Shown: piece after piece, positions 21,867 to 31,666 of the stretch
Layout: each line of letters starts with the position of its first letter
Position numbering within the stretch: the stretch's first letter is position 1
Assembly: GCA_964448115.1 (NCBI GenBank)
Contig: CAYUVA010000036.1
Span: 1 to 49,493 of the forward strand
DNA from: an uncultured bacterium
Lineage (GTDB): Bacteria > CAYUVA01
Direction of reading: 5' to 3'
Length of the DNA: 49,493 bases
Made by a program: the position numbers and the translations under genes
Notes under the pieces: model-generated
Databases searched by the model: none
What the model was told of the DNA's origin: nothing
Seen by the model: the letters and a program-made list of their open reading frames with translations, nothing else

Positions 21867-23123
21867 CTATTTATTCATTTCTTTGCCAGTACCATCTACT
21901 TCATCGCCTCGATCCTTCTTCGCCTTGTCGTATGCAGCCTTTAGGGTCTGGGTGAGTATATCGATATTTACCGGCTTTTGCAGGTAGGCAAATGCTCCCA
22001 GCTCCTTCGCAGCCCTCTCGTCCCGGTCGGTTCCGTGTCCGGTGAGTATTATAACCTCGACCTTGGGGTGTTCCCTCTTTATGCGACGAAGCACATCTAT
22101 GCCATCGATGCCGGGCATCCTCAAATCGAGCACCATGACTTCAGGTTCTTCCTGGTCAACATAGTCGAGCGCCTCCTCGCCGTTGTAGGCGATCTGGGGA
22201 GCCATATCACGCATCTGCAGGCGCTCGGAGAGGGTTTGCACGAACTCCTTCTCATCGTCAACCAGCAGTATCTTGGAGGGAAGCTCGAAGAGGTCGGTGC
22301 GATACACGCTCGGATACTGGTAGTCTGCTCCTACCTTGGACTGGGCATCTTTTACTCCCTTAACCTTTTTTACCATTTCTTCCAGCGACCTTTTGTAGTG
22401 TTCAAGTCTTACTACCGTCTTGTTTATCTCGATGGTTACATTACCCTCATTGCTGTAGATCTTCAATCCCTTGAGATCCTCACCCTCTTTGAGCAGTTGA
22501 AGCTCAACTAGCGAGGAGATCTTGAAATCCTCCACTGCTTTAAGCGAACGCGAGGTAAAAGATACCGCCTTGATCTGTGCATTCTCGGCTATAAGCTCGA
22601 CCGCTTCTTCAAGGCTGGTCTTGTGCATGGGGATCTTGATATCATAAAGCCGTTTATCCCAGGGGGTAAGCTCGAAGAGGTACTGGGTCCATTGGCTCAT
22701 CTTGCCATCCTCATGCTTTATGATCTTTGCCGCTTCCTTCTGGTTCATCCCCTTTGCTGCCATAGCTTGCTTTATGCGATATTTCTTCTCTGCGATCAGA
22801 CAAACCTTCAATACATGCGTAATCGAGGCGGGAATCAGGTGGACAGCATATCCCTGGTAAACAAGGTTGTCATTTTTAAGCGCATCGGCGAGCATAATCT
22901 TGATGTAGGCTAGATTGCGCTCGTATTCATGGGTGAGCTTATTGAAGAACGAGGGTCCATCGTGCATGGAGCGGATAAGCCTATCGGCTGGAATGCCGAA
23001 TGTATCCTTAGAGCCTTCTAATATTCGATCATCGATAAACCGATATCCCAGCTTCTCTGCAACCAGGTTGCTTACTTCTTCTCCCCCGCAAAAAATGGCG
23101 GGGAATATGGCTATAATAGACAT
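21867..23123 (-). CDS. Cytidylate-kinase-like domain fused to C-terminal response regulator receiver
   Basis: N-term GGEEV..LVAEKLGYRFID...HVLKVCLIA...YD (CMK-like family); C-term LLVDDEKEF...LDLRMPGIDG...LTGHG...LQKP. ATG 23123 (ORF track 23159). Confidence 0.88.
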   Translation of the reverse strand: MSIIAIFPAIFCGGEEVSNLVAEKLGYRFIDDRILEGSKDTFGIPADRLIRSMHDGPSFFNKLTHEYERNLAYIKIMLADALKNDNLVYQGYAVHLIPASITHVLKVCLIAEKKYRIKQAMAAKGMNQKEAAKIIKHEDGKMSQWTQYLFELTPWDKRLYDIKIPMHKTSLEEAVELIAENAQIKAVSFTSRSLKAVEDFKISSLVELQLLKEGEDLKGLKIYSNEGNVTIEINKTVVRLEHYKRSLEEMVKKVKGVKDAQSKVGADYQYPSVYRTDLFELPSKILLVDDEKEFVQTLSERLQMRDMAPQIAYNGEEALDYVDQEEPEVMVLDLRMPGIDGIDVLRRIKREHPKVEVIILTGHGTDRDERAAKELGAFAYLQKPVNIDILTQTLKAAYDKAKKDRGDEVDGTGKEMNK

Positions 23124-23129
23124 ACAGAC

Positions 23130-23159
23130 AATATATCGAAGATATTCGCAGCAAGTCAA
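23130..23159 (-). promoter_or_regulatory. Putative sigma70 promoter immediately before the CMK-like/RR ATG (leaderless-type)
   Basis: Minus strand TTGACT-N18-TATATT-N6-ATG(23123), no Shine-Dalgarno. Confidence 0.5.
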
Positions 23160-23252
23160 GAAAAGATGCCCAATGAAATTATGGTTGTCCTATTTTCCTC
23201 GCAGAAGATAATATAAGCAGGTCTCATAATAACTAGAAAAGAAACCGCTAAG

Positions 23253-23540
23253 ATGAAAATGACTGGGAAATTTCCATTGATCCGGTTGCTTTAATTTATC
23301 CCCCTGGCTCAAAGGGGGACCATGGCAAATCAACTATCGACCTATGGCTTCGGCTCCCTCAGCGCAGCCATGGGAGACTTAGGTGCTAGCTTCATCGATG
23401 ATATGAGCGCAACGCACTACGATCCATCAAGCATGGGGGTACAATTCTAGGGGGGATTGATTCTTGCTGACCTTCAGATGAGCGATGTTGAGCTACAAAT
23501 AGCTCCTGGGATCCCTATTTTGCTTGAAAGTCTTGCTTGA
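23253..23540 (+). pseudogene. Remnant of an OmpP1/FadL-like outer-membrane protein gene (N-terminus only, in-frame stops)
   Basis: Frame from ATG 23253: MKMTGKFPLIRLL*FIPLAQRGTMANQLSTYGFGSLSAAMGDLGASFIDDMSATHYDPSSMGVQF*. This aligns with the G.RS.AM...DD...NPA N-terminus of the neighbouring barrel. Confidence 0.6.
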
Positions 23541-23563
23541 AACAGGTAAGTTTTTTCTATCTA

Positions 23564-23591
23564 TTGACAGTTGATTGAGTTTGACTATAAT
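23564..23591 (+). promoter_or_regulatory. Consensus sigma70 promoter upstream of the FadL-like gene
   Basis: TTGACA (23564-23569)-N16-TATAAT (23586-23591); AAGGAGG RBS before ATG 23670. Confidence 0.7.
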
Positions 23592-23669
23592 GAACTGAAC
23601 TTTTGTAGCGAATTACGAATGAATGTTCACAGTGCAGACGACATAGCTCGATTGTTAAGGAGGACATGA

Positions 23670-24872
23670 ATGAAGCAGCTTAGAGTCATAGGCATAACAG
23701 TCCTTATGATAGCTCTCATGCAGGTAACGGCTTATGCCAACGGTTTTTTCTTCAACGATCTCGGCACCAGGTCAATGGCGATGTCAAACGCCGTTGTCTG
23801 TAGGATCGACGATGCCACTTCCATTTTCCATAATCCGGCTGGACTTGCCGGGGTCTCTGGTTGGAGCATAACCTTGAACCCGATATTAAGGCTCAGCGAC
23901 CAGTACTTCACCAGGCTAAAGACACCTGATGACATAGGCGCTCCACCGCCGGAAAAGAACTTCGAGAATGAAAACATGTTCGGTTTCTTCGCGGTTGCTA
24001 CAAACCTGGGAATCGATAACCTGGGCATCGGAGTGGCAGCCTATAATCCGTTCGATGTGGACCAAAGATGGGAAGAGGAGACCTACGAGGGATATGTTCC
24101 ACAGTACATGGCAATAAAAAAATACTTAAATGTCTATGCCATAGCACCCTCCATAGCCTATAACATCGCTGATATAGTCTCCATTGGCGTTACCGCAGAG
24201 ATGCTCTCGGCTAACTTTTATAGCCTGGAGTGGTATGCTGATCCGGAAGTGGAGGAGGAGTATCAGAAGCCAGAGGTATCGGAGCTTTCCGGCAGCGGCT
24301 TCAACTTCAGGGTTGGAACAAAGATAAAAGCCGGCGAGAAGATAATGCTTGGGCTTTCCTACTCTCCTATGGTGGAATTCACCCTTGAGGATGGCGATGA
24401 AAAGATGGATAATTTCGCACTACCTGCTGTAGGAAAGGTCGGCTTGTATTACAAGCTAAATGACAAAAGCAACCTGGAGTTCGATATTCGATACATCCAG
24501 TGGTCAGACCTGGAATGGCTCGAATACGATGGCGAAGCCTGGAACGACGAGTTTGCCCTTCAGATCGGCGGCGAGTTTGAGATCAAAGAGGATACTTACG
24601 GCAGGATTGGTTATTCATTCGAGACCGCTGCTGTCGATGATGATTATATAAGACCGTGGATACTGGATAACCAAAGACATTCATTGGCATTCGGCGCATC
24701 ATTCAAGCTGAGCGAGAAATTTATATTTGAGTGGGCATTCACACATTACTTCATAAGCGAAAGGGACCTAAGAGGTACAAGCGAGATCGCTCATGCGGAT
24801 AATTATCCTCCAAACGGCAAGTACGAATATGAGGAGGATAATGTTTCCATCGGCTTGACCATAGTGCTCTAG
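23670..24872 (+). CDS. OmpP1/FadL/TodX family outer-membrane beta-barrel
   Basis: Signal peptide; GTRSMAMSNA...DDATSIFHNPAGL hatch motif; alternating amphipathic strands. Confidence 0.88.
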   Translation: MKQLRVIGITVLMIALMQVTAYANGFFFNDLGTRSMAMSNAVVCRIDDATSIFHNPAGLAGVSGWSITLNPILRLSDQYFTRLKTPDDIGAPPPEKNFENENMFGFFAVATNLGIDNLGIGVAAYNPFDVDQRWEEETYEGYVPQYMAIKKYLNVYAIAPSIAYNIADIVSIGVTAEMLSANFYSLEWYADPEVEEEYQKPEVSELSGSGFNFRVGTKIKAGEKIMLGLSYSPMVEFTLEDGDEKMDNFALPAVGKVGLYYKLNDKSNLEFDIRYIQWSDLEWLEYDGEAWNDEFALQIGGEFEIKEDTYGRIGYSFETAAVDDDYIRPWILDNQRHSLAFGASFKLSEKFIFEWAFTHYFISERDLRGTSEIAHADNYPPNGKYEYEEDNVSIGLTIVL

Positions 24873-24950
24873 CAAGCCAGTAGATCTTATAGCACATACA
24901 TGGCATGATGCTACCACCCAGTGGGAGGAGGTTCGTCCCCTAATATTCGC

Positions 24951-26666
24951 TCAATGCACCGACAGGTAGGGGAAGGGGTCGCTGCGAGCACCCAGGCTGC
25001 TCTTCGCCGAGATCTCCAGCGTAAAAGTCGCTGGCTGCCCAATCGCTCCCGGCGCCAGGAAAATTACATAACCATAGACTCCATCCCCGGCTGCAAGATC
25101 TTTATGCATGCCGTCATCGTAAAGCTGTATTCCTGTGGGCTGACCTGCATAAAACAGTTCAACGGAGTGAATCGATCCCCCTTCGATGGTTGACATCGCT
25201 AAGATAGTCAAGGTACCCCCATCGGTGCTGCTAAGCCTCGTGTCCCAATAGCCCCCCAGAAGGACGATTGGCTTTATTGGTGTTGGGGTTGGTGAATGCG
25301 TTAAGGTAGCGGTAGGCGTTTCAGTTGGCGTACTGCTGAAATAAGGAGTGTCGCTCGGTGTGGGGCTGGCGGTTATGGTGCTGGTCGGGGTCCTACTTGG
25401 TATAGGCGTCTTGCTGGGCGTGGAAGTGGGGCTATCGGTCGCGGTAGGCGTCTGTGTAGGCGTGGAGCTAGGCGAAGGAGTCGGTGTTAAGGTCGGCGTT
25501 GGCTCCACTCCATGATCACGAATAAAGTAGATCTCGGTATTGCCGTGCCGAGAGTCCTCCCAGACCACATAGACACCATTGGCATCGGCTGCCACTATCG
25601 GATGATCGCAATCATATCCAACCGCAACCAGCGGTATTTCAGTCATCCATGTCTGTCCGTTATTAGTGCTGCGAACATAGTAAATATCATCGGTTCCGCT
25701 ACGGTTATCTACCCAGACAATGTGTACCCCGCCGCCATAAGCAGCTATATCGCACCACTTTGCATCGCCATCCCCGAAGCTGACCTGACGGGGCGTGCTG
25801 AAGGAGACGCCCTGGTCATTGCTCCTGGTGTAGAACATATCGCTCCCTGATGAATCACCCTGATCCCAGGCAACATGAACCGTGTCCTCCGTGGCGCAGA
25901 TCGCCACCAGCTCGGCATAAGTGCTCGCCTGGGAGAGCTGTATCTCCGACTTCCAAGTATTCCCCCCATCAAGGCTTCTGCGAAACATGATCTGAGAGCT
26001 GCCGCTGCGATTGTCCGAGTAGGCAACGAAAAGCCCATTGGTGTTTGCCGCGATATCAGCTAGGATAGCGGAATAACCGCCATTATCTACCGATAGCTCC
26101 CTAGCGCTGCTCCAGTTCTCTCCTCCATCTCTAGTATGCTTGTAGAAAACATCGAACTCGAAGTAGCCGGTCACCTGTGTATAGGTGATGTGTATCTCTC
26201 CTTTGTGCGCCACCAAAGCCGTATCTCCTGCATCCGCATTATCGTTCACGCAGAATCCCATCGCATCCCAGATCATGCCGCCATCGTAACTGGCATAATG
26301 ATAGGCGGATGCATAGTAATATGCAGATGCATCATCAAAGGTGGTATGGTAGGCGCCATTGAGCACCGCTATGACCGGACAGCCGGAGTAAAGATTATCA
26401 TTGGCGGTAACCCTGACTTCTGGGATCCAGCTCGTGCCATGATCGGTGCTCTTCTGGAAGAAGATCTCGGTTCTGCGCAGCCTTGCATCATCATACACCA
26501 CCAGCAGCTCGCCATCATGCGCCAGGATGACCGGGTTGCCCGAGGCAGCCTCGGTGAAGGTCATCTGGCGAGGATGTCCAAACTCGCAATAAGCTAAACA
26601 GGAGAGTAATATAACCGATCCCAATGCGATCGCAACTAGTAGCAAGGAGTATAGTGGACGATACAT
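24951..26666 (-). CDS. Secreted BNR/Asp-box (sialidase-like) propeller protein with Pro/Thr linker and GGY...PYL C-terminal domain
   Basis: Signal peptide; repeated S-x-D-x-G-x-[ST]-W Asp-boxes ([24 protein letters not shown]); long PT linker; shared C-terminal domain. Confidence 0.85.
   Translation of the reverse strand: MYRPLYSLLLVAIALGSVILLSCLAYCEFGHPRQMTFTEAASGNPVILAHDGELLVVYDDARLRRTEIFFQKSTDHGTSWIPEVRVTANDNLYSGCPVIAVLNGAYHTTFDDASAYYYASAYHYASYDGGMIWDAMGFCVNDNADAGDTALVAHKGEIHITYTQVTGYFEFDVFYKHTRDGGENWSSARELSVDNGGYSAILADIAANTNGLFVAYSDNRSGSSQIMFRRSLDGGNTWKSEIQLSQASTYAELVAICATEDTVHVAWDQGDSSGSDMFYTRSNDQGVSFSTPRQVSFGDGDAKWCDIAAYGGGVHIVWVDNRSGTDDIYYVRSTNNGQTWMTEIPLVAVGYDCDHPIVAADANGVYVVWEDSRHGNTEIYFIRDHGVEPTPTLTPTPSPSSTPTQTPTATDSPTSTPSKTPIPSRTPTSTITASPTPSDTPYFSSTPTETPTATLTHSPTPTPIKPIVLLGGYWDTRLSSTDGGTLTILAMSTIEGGSIHSVELFYAGQPTGIQLYDDGMHKDLAAGDGVYGYVIFLAPGAIGQPATFTLEISAKSSLGARSDPFPYLSVH
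25275..25510 (-). repeat. Pro/Thr/Ser-rich low-complexity linker
   Basis: [41 protein letters not shown]... Confidence 0.85.
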
Positions 26667-26683
26667 GCCTGATCCCCTTTCGT

Positions 26684-29578
26684 TTATTCACCGCAATTAA
26701 GATAAGGCCACAGATCAGAGCCGACATCGTAGGTATTTATCGCCAAGACCTCCAGGAGATATTGTCCCGACGGTGCTCCGGCGCCAACCGGGATGATAAG
26801 TGAATAAAGATCTCCATTCGGTGTGAGAAAGACGCCGGTCGAGGTGCCGAATATGAGGATCTCCACTGACTTGATATTCTGATCCGGTGAATAGATTGAC
26901 AGGTTCAGGTGCCCTCCGCTCTCGTCTATGTAGGTATCGAAGTATCCACCTACATGGATAGATGGCTTCTCACGAGAGCTGACCGTGATCGACTTATAGA
27001 CCGGCGTCTCGACAAAGCCGGCGAAGTCCCATGCCCTGCTTGCCACCGTGTAGATCCCGTATTCGGGTATGCTCCAGTAATAGCTCCATCCCTTTGTTCG
27101 AGTGGCATTGTTCCAGGTCGTCCCGCCATCGGTGGTAACCTTGACCTCTTGCACCCCAGAGCCGTCATCTAAAGCCTGGATCTGCATGGTAAACTGCATG
27201 TCATATAATATCTGTCCATCGGTCAGGTTGGTGATGATCGACTCAGGCGGGTTGCCATCCACGATCACCTCCAGCCAATCCAGCTCCTCTTCGATGTTCC
27301 CTCCCAGGTCAGTGGCACGGCTAGACACCGTATAGTGTCCATCAGCAACAGGATTCCAGGTATAGCTCCAGTTGCTGTCGGCAACCTTGGAGTGTTCCGC
27401 CTGGTACCAGGTTCTTCCATTATCATCGGAGAAGTGCACGAGATGGACACCGGAGCCTTCATCACCAGCAGAGAAGCTCAACGGTATCGGCGATTGAGTT
27501 AAGATAGCCCCCGGCAGCAGGTTGTCTATGTTCGACCATGGCGGCAGGTTATCGACCGTAACCGCTATGCCTTGTCCAATAGCCTCCCGATTACTATCAT
27601 TATCTAATGCTCTTGATATCAAGGTATATGAGCCTGTTTCAGGAAGCTCCCATTCGTAATACCAATTATGCTTGCCGTTGGCGACCTCCCATGTCATACC
27701 TGCATCAGTGGAGATCTCCACTCTATCAATGCCGCTGCCGCTATTATCTAAGGCGGTTCCGCGGATGGTGTAATTCTCCCCGCTAAGCACGGCACCAGGT
27801 AGGGGATCATTGATCGCTGAGCTGGGAGCATCAGGATTATCCGCACTGGTGAATGTATAAGATCCACTAAAGGAGTTGGGGAAGGCTGCCAGGTCAGCAG
27901 CGCTGACCTCAACGGTAATTACATCATAAGACGAGAAGTTGTAAATGGGGTCAATAGTGCAATGGTATCCCTTATCGACCTCAAATATCGTAAGGTTCTC
28001 GCTGTGCTCGGTGTCAGAGTATGTTATGCCATCAACGGTGATGCCAATGCTCGGCTGGTTTACCCCGGCTCCGCAGTCAAGTATTTCAAGCTGAATATCA
28101 TTATCTGGAGGGACATCACTGGCTCCTGGCGCTGGCACCTGGTTGTCCATATAGGGCGGAAAGGTATCCGGCACGCCGACTGCGGTGGATAGAGCCATGA
28201 AGTCGCCGTCCTGGGTCCCCACCAGGGCATCCATCCTTCCATCATCATCGAGATCTGGAATCGGAGCGACCGAGAAGACGCGGCTATTCACCAGCCTGCG
28301 GGTGATGATAGAGCCATCCGATGTATCGAGCACATAGGCATAAAGATCGAATGACCCGATGAGGAGATCCTTGACGCAGTTGCCGTTTACATCCTCGAGC
28401 AGAGCCATGGTCCAGACATCTCCGCCGTTTGTAGTACCGGTCTCGGTGGTCCATATCTCGCTTCCATCGTAGCCGCTGATGCAGACCACCTCATTATCCC
28501 AACTGCCGAAGCAGACATCCTCGAAGCCATCTCCATCGACATCGGGTACGGTAACGCAGACCATGCAGATAGTATGGTACTGGATGCGCCATATCACCTC
28601 GCCGCTGCTCCCCTCCAGGCAGACCATGCCGTGGAACTCGGAGCTGTCGCCCCATAGAGCAGCCACCACATCATCGTAGCCAGAGCCGTTCACATCCTTT
28701 ATATTATCGAGCCACATGCTGTCCGCGTCAGCATCGTAAATCCAAATAGCCTCGCTGACCTCGCCACTGGATGCGCCGCTGATGCAATAAATACGAAGAT
28801 CGTAGTGATTCCCCGCCGAGCCGGCTACAACATCTGAGATCCCATCCTCATCGACATCCGGAATGGGAATGACCGGCCAGATTCCATCAGCTACACGGTA
28901 TCTCCAGATCATCTCCCCATCGCCCCGGGCGGCGCCACTAAAGCAAAATACGCTCTTGAAGCCGGTGTGATCGCTATTCCCACCCCCGCCGACCAGGATA
29001 TCCATAACCCCATCGCCATTCACATCCTCAATGGGGGAGATCTGATGCAGCCAAGAGGAGGTCGGCTCGTCGTAGCCGTGCCAGACAAAGATCTCGTTGC
29101 CGCTGTATCCATCGAAGGCATAGACGCTGCGCCCAGCGCCCTGGGTACCCCCCACATTAGCCATCAGAATATCATAAGAGCCATTTTCATTGAGATCCGG
29201 TATGATCGACAGATTGAAATTATCATTTGGTATGCAGTTCTCATGCCACCAAAGCGGTGTCGGGTTTCCGCTGCTTGCGCCACTAATCATGAACATACCC
29301 TTATCGAACAGGTATCCCATGGCGCCGACCGCATCCCACTTGCCATCGCCGTCTATATCGGGGATAGACGCTATAGCCTCCCAGCTATCTTCACGAGTAT
29401 AATTCCATAACTGGGTCATGGTCGGAAATGTGGAGTTAACCTGCTGGGGATAATAATCAGTCGGTGCATATTTATGCTGGTGAATTAGCCTCATTAATTT
29501 CGAGTCCTCTTGTGCATCGACTACATGCATCATCGCAAGCACTACAATACAAGCTAAGAACGCCTTTTTTCTGTCCAT
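26684..29578 (-). CDS. Secreted FG-GAP/integrin-like propeller protein with Ig-like repeats and GGY...WPYL C-terminal domain
   Basis: ATG 29578 has an AAGGAG RBS. Repeated D-[IV]-[DN]-G-D-G-x-x-D Ca-loops; three ~95 aa repeats (SG[IV]..V..S.D.G.TW...W.Y.W...YT..SRA.D); shared C-terminal domain. Confidence 0.85.
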   Translation of the reverse strand: MDRKKAFLACIVVLAMMHVVDAQEDSKLMRLIHQHKYAPTDYYPQQVNSTFPTMTQLWNYTREDSWEAIASIPDIDGDGKWDAVGAMGYLFDKGMFMISGASSGNPTPLWWHENCIPNDNFNLSIIPDLNENGSYDILMANVGGTQGAGRSVYAFDGYSGNEIFVWHGYDEPTSSWLHQISPIEDVNGDGVMDILVGGGGNSDHTGFKSVFCFSGAARGDGEMIWRYRVADGIWPVIPIPDVDEDGISDVVAGSAGNHYDLRIYCISGASSGEVSEAIWIYDADADSMWLDNIKDVNGSGYDDVVAALWGDSSEFHGMVCLEGSSGEVIWRIQYHTICMVCVTVPDVDGDGFEDVCFGSWDNEVVCISGYDGSEIWTTETGTTNGGDVWTMALLEDVNGNCVKDLLIGSFDLYAYVLDTSDGSIITRRLVNSRVFSVAPIPDLDDDGRMDALVGTQDGDFMALSTAVGVPDTFPPYMDNQVPAPGASDVPPDNDIQLEILDCGAGVNQPSIGITVDGITYSDTEHSENLTIFEVDKGYHCTIDPIYNFSSYDVITVEVSAADLAAFPNSFSGSYTFTSADNPDAPSSAINDPLPGAVLSGENYTIRGTALDNSGSGIDRVEISTDAGMTWEVANGKHNWYYEWELPETGSYTLISRALDNDSNREAIGQGIAVTVDNLPPWSNIDNLLPGAILTQSPIPLSFSAGDEGSGVHLVHFSDDNGRTWYQAEHSKVADSNWSYTWNPVADGHYTVSSRATDLGGNIEEELDWLEVIVDGNPPESIITNLTDGQILYDMQFTMQIQALDDGSGVQEVKVTTDGGTTWNNATRTKGWSYYWSIPEYGIYTVASRAWDFAGFVETPVYKSITVSSREKPSIHVGGYFDTYIDESGGHLNLSIYSPDQNIKSVEILIFGTSTGVFLTPNGDLYSLIIPVGAGAPSGQYLLEVLAINTYDVGSDLWPYLNCGE

Positions 29579-29782
29579 ATTACTTCTCCTTTCCAACCAA
29601 ATAGTCTTGTATAATTTTATCAGAATATCAAATTGACTCAATGTTAACCCTTAAGGCTGTAAGCAAGACGGTGCACACCTGCTCATAGCCTTGATGGGAA
29701 GAATATAGTTGTAAAACATAGCCAACAGCGCATGCAACCTGTTTACTTTGCGTTTCGACCTCAGGTCATTATAATGATTTTC

Positions 29783-30640
29783 ATGACTCGAAAACAAAAT
29801 GAAGATGAGGCAATTGATCTTCGCAAGCTGCTAGTCGATTACCTCCAATACTATAAGATGCTTGGCTTAGATGGATTGTATATCGATGCGGTCAAGCCGA
29901 AGGAGGCAAAGAAAGATAGGGCATTAGCTGACAAGCCTACAGAGACGCCGCCAGCACCATCGCTCAAGCCCCCTTCACCGCCAAAGCCTCCCAATGAGCC
30001 AAGACAGAAAGGACAGACGATTTCATCTGATGCACCTAAGCAGCTAACCACCCTGGAGAAGAAGATAATCCTCATGCGCCAGTTGGAGGATGAGATAAGG
30101 CAATGCCAGAGGTGTCCCTTGTTCAAGAGAAGGAAACATACAGTCCTCGGCGAGGGCGACCTCGATGCAGAGCTTATGTTCATCGGTGAGGCTCCCGGCG
30201 AAAAGGAGGATGAACAGGGAAAACCTTTCGTTGGAGCGGCTGGCGAGCTGCTAACCAAGATGATTGAAGCAATGCAGCTTAGCCGTGAGCAGGTTTATAT
30301 CGGCAATATAGTCAAATGCAGACCCCCTGGCAATCGAAATCCGCTGCCTGGGGAAGCAAGACAGTGTCTTCCATACATCGAGGAGCAAATCAGGATTGTA
30401 AGCCCCAAGGTTATAGTAGCTCTTGGCGCCATTGCTGCCAGATACCTGCTTTCTTCAGAGCGTAGAATCTCCGATCTCAGGGGCAAATTCCACCAGTATG
30501 CTCTAGGAATAAAGGTGATGCCAACCTTCCATCCCGCTCGGTTATTTCATAATCCAGGGGAAAAGATCCTGGTCTGGAGCGACCTGAAAATGGTTATGCA
30601 GGAACTTGGCATCCCGATACCGGATAGGAAAAAACAATGA
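29783..30640 (+). CDS. Uracil-DNA glycosylase, family 4 (Fe-S)
   Basis: [38 protein letters not shown]; Pro-rich N-terminal extension. Start uncertain (29732-29783). Confidence 0.93.
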   Translation: MTRKQNEDEAIDLRKLLVDYLQYYKMLGLDGLYIDAVKPKEAKKDRALADKPTETPPAPSLKPPSPPKPPNEPRQKGQTISSDAPKQLTTLEKKIILMRQLEDEIRQCQRCPLFKRRKHTVLGEGDLDAELMFIGEAPGEKEDEQGKPFVGAAGELLTKMIEAMQLSREQVYIGNIVKCRPPGNRNPLPGEARQCLPYIEEQIRIVSPKVIVALGAIAARYLLSSERRISDLRGKFHQYALGIKVMPTFHPARLFHNPGEKILVWSDLKMVMQELGIPIPDRKKQ

Positions 30641-31554
30641 TAACCGAGCCATACTACGCACACCTGGCTTATGCGCCATCACAGCTCGATTATACGGTAA
30701 CAGCCAAGGCGCTTCCCATCATTTGCGGGATAAGGAAGCTAGGGGGCAAGGCGGTGATCCTGCCGTTTGGATCCGCTTCGGTAGCAGTCATGCAAGGCTT
30801 CATCGATCTGGCTCGTTGTGTGCAGATGTGCGAGCTGGAACTTATTGTCAAAACCAGCACTCATAGTGTAGTCGATATGTTGGATAGGCTGGGGGATAAA
30901 AAGCTGAGCATTGTATTTACGCTGCATAGCATGAATCCCGACCTGCATGATTATGCGACCTATAAGGGCTCTTATGATGGAATTTTAGGGGCGATCAGGC
31001 TGCTGCACCACGGACGAATCAAATCGTGGATCGAGCTTATAGTGCGAGATAACGAGGTTGATAAGCTCAAGGAGGCTGCTGCACTGGCGCAAAAAGAAGC
31101 GATCCCGATCATGGCATTACCGCAGCCGCGCTTTGCTACAAAAGGGGGGCTGAGCAGAGATGGAATATTGATGATGCTCGAATATTTGAGTGCTGGGAAA
31201 CCATTTTTCATTCCAGAAGCCCTGCTTCGATTTTGCCTACATGGCGGGAATGACCCCAAGTCCCCTCGCTGCTATACCACAAACGCCATTGTGGCTGCCG
31301 ATATAGAGGGGAGACTTTATCACCCGTGTCGATATTATCGAGCAGAAGCCTTCCAGCTAGATAAACCGTTGGAGAAGGTCTATATGAGCAAGCCATACAA
31401 AAGGTTGCTCAATAAGGGGGCTGCATACCCAGTCTGCCTAGGGTGCACAGCTTATGATTACATGATGGCATCCTTCAAGTACAATAGCGATGGCTATACC
31501 AGGCTGCATAAAAAAGATCTGCACCGCTGGAAAGAGACACTCGATGCCCTATAG
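30637..31554 (+). CDS. Radical-SAM-like protein lacking the CxxxCxxC motif, with SPASM/twitch-like C-terminal cysteines
   Basis: TLHS...HDYATYKGSYDGILGAI core-like segment and C...G.LYHPC...CLGC C-terminus; no N-terminal Cys triad. ATGA overlap with the UDG gene. Confidence 0.55.
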   Translation: MITEPYYAHLAYAPSQLDYTVTAKALPIICGIRKLGGKAVILPFGSASVAVMQGFIDLARCVQMCELELIVKTSTHSVVDMLDRLGDKKLSIVFTLHSMNPDLHDYATYKGSYDGILGAIRLLHHGRIKSWIELIVRDNEVDKLKEAAALAQKEAIPIMALPQPRFATKGGLSRDGILMMLEYLSAGKPFFIPEALLRFCLHGGNDPKSPRCYTTNAIVAADIEGRLYHPCRYYRAEAFQLDKPLEKVYMSKPYKRLLNKGAAYPVCLGCTAYDYMMASFKYNSDGYTRLHKKDLHRWKETLDAL

Positions 31555-31666
31555 TAATAAGGTCATGGAGCAGATCTCTTCTTTGCGTCTTTGGGTGATC
31601 AAATCTTTCTTAAATTTATTTTTGACAAAGCTCCTATTCCATCGGGAGTATCGCGGAAACTCATCC

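Noticed and set aside
23621-23630. Near-palindrome TGAATGTTCA downstream of the FadL-like promoter (TetR/FadR-like operator?)
   Set aside because: Short, imperfect and a single instance; not distinguishable from chance.
29783-31554. Possible UdgX plus radical-SAM DNA-repair pair
   Set aside because: The UDG has the ordinary family-4 KCRPPGNR motif rather than the UdgX KRRIH loop. The partner lacks the Cys triad and HhH motifs and lies downstream.
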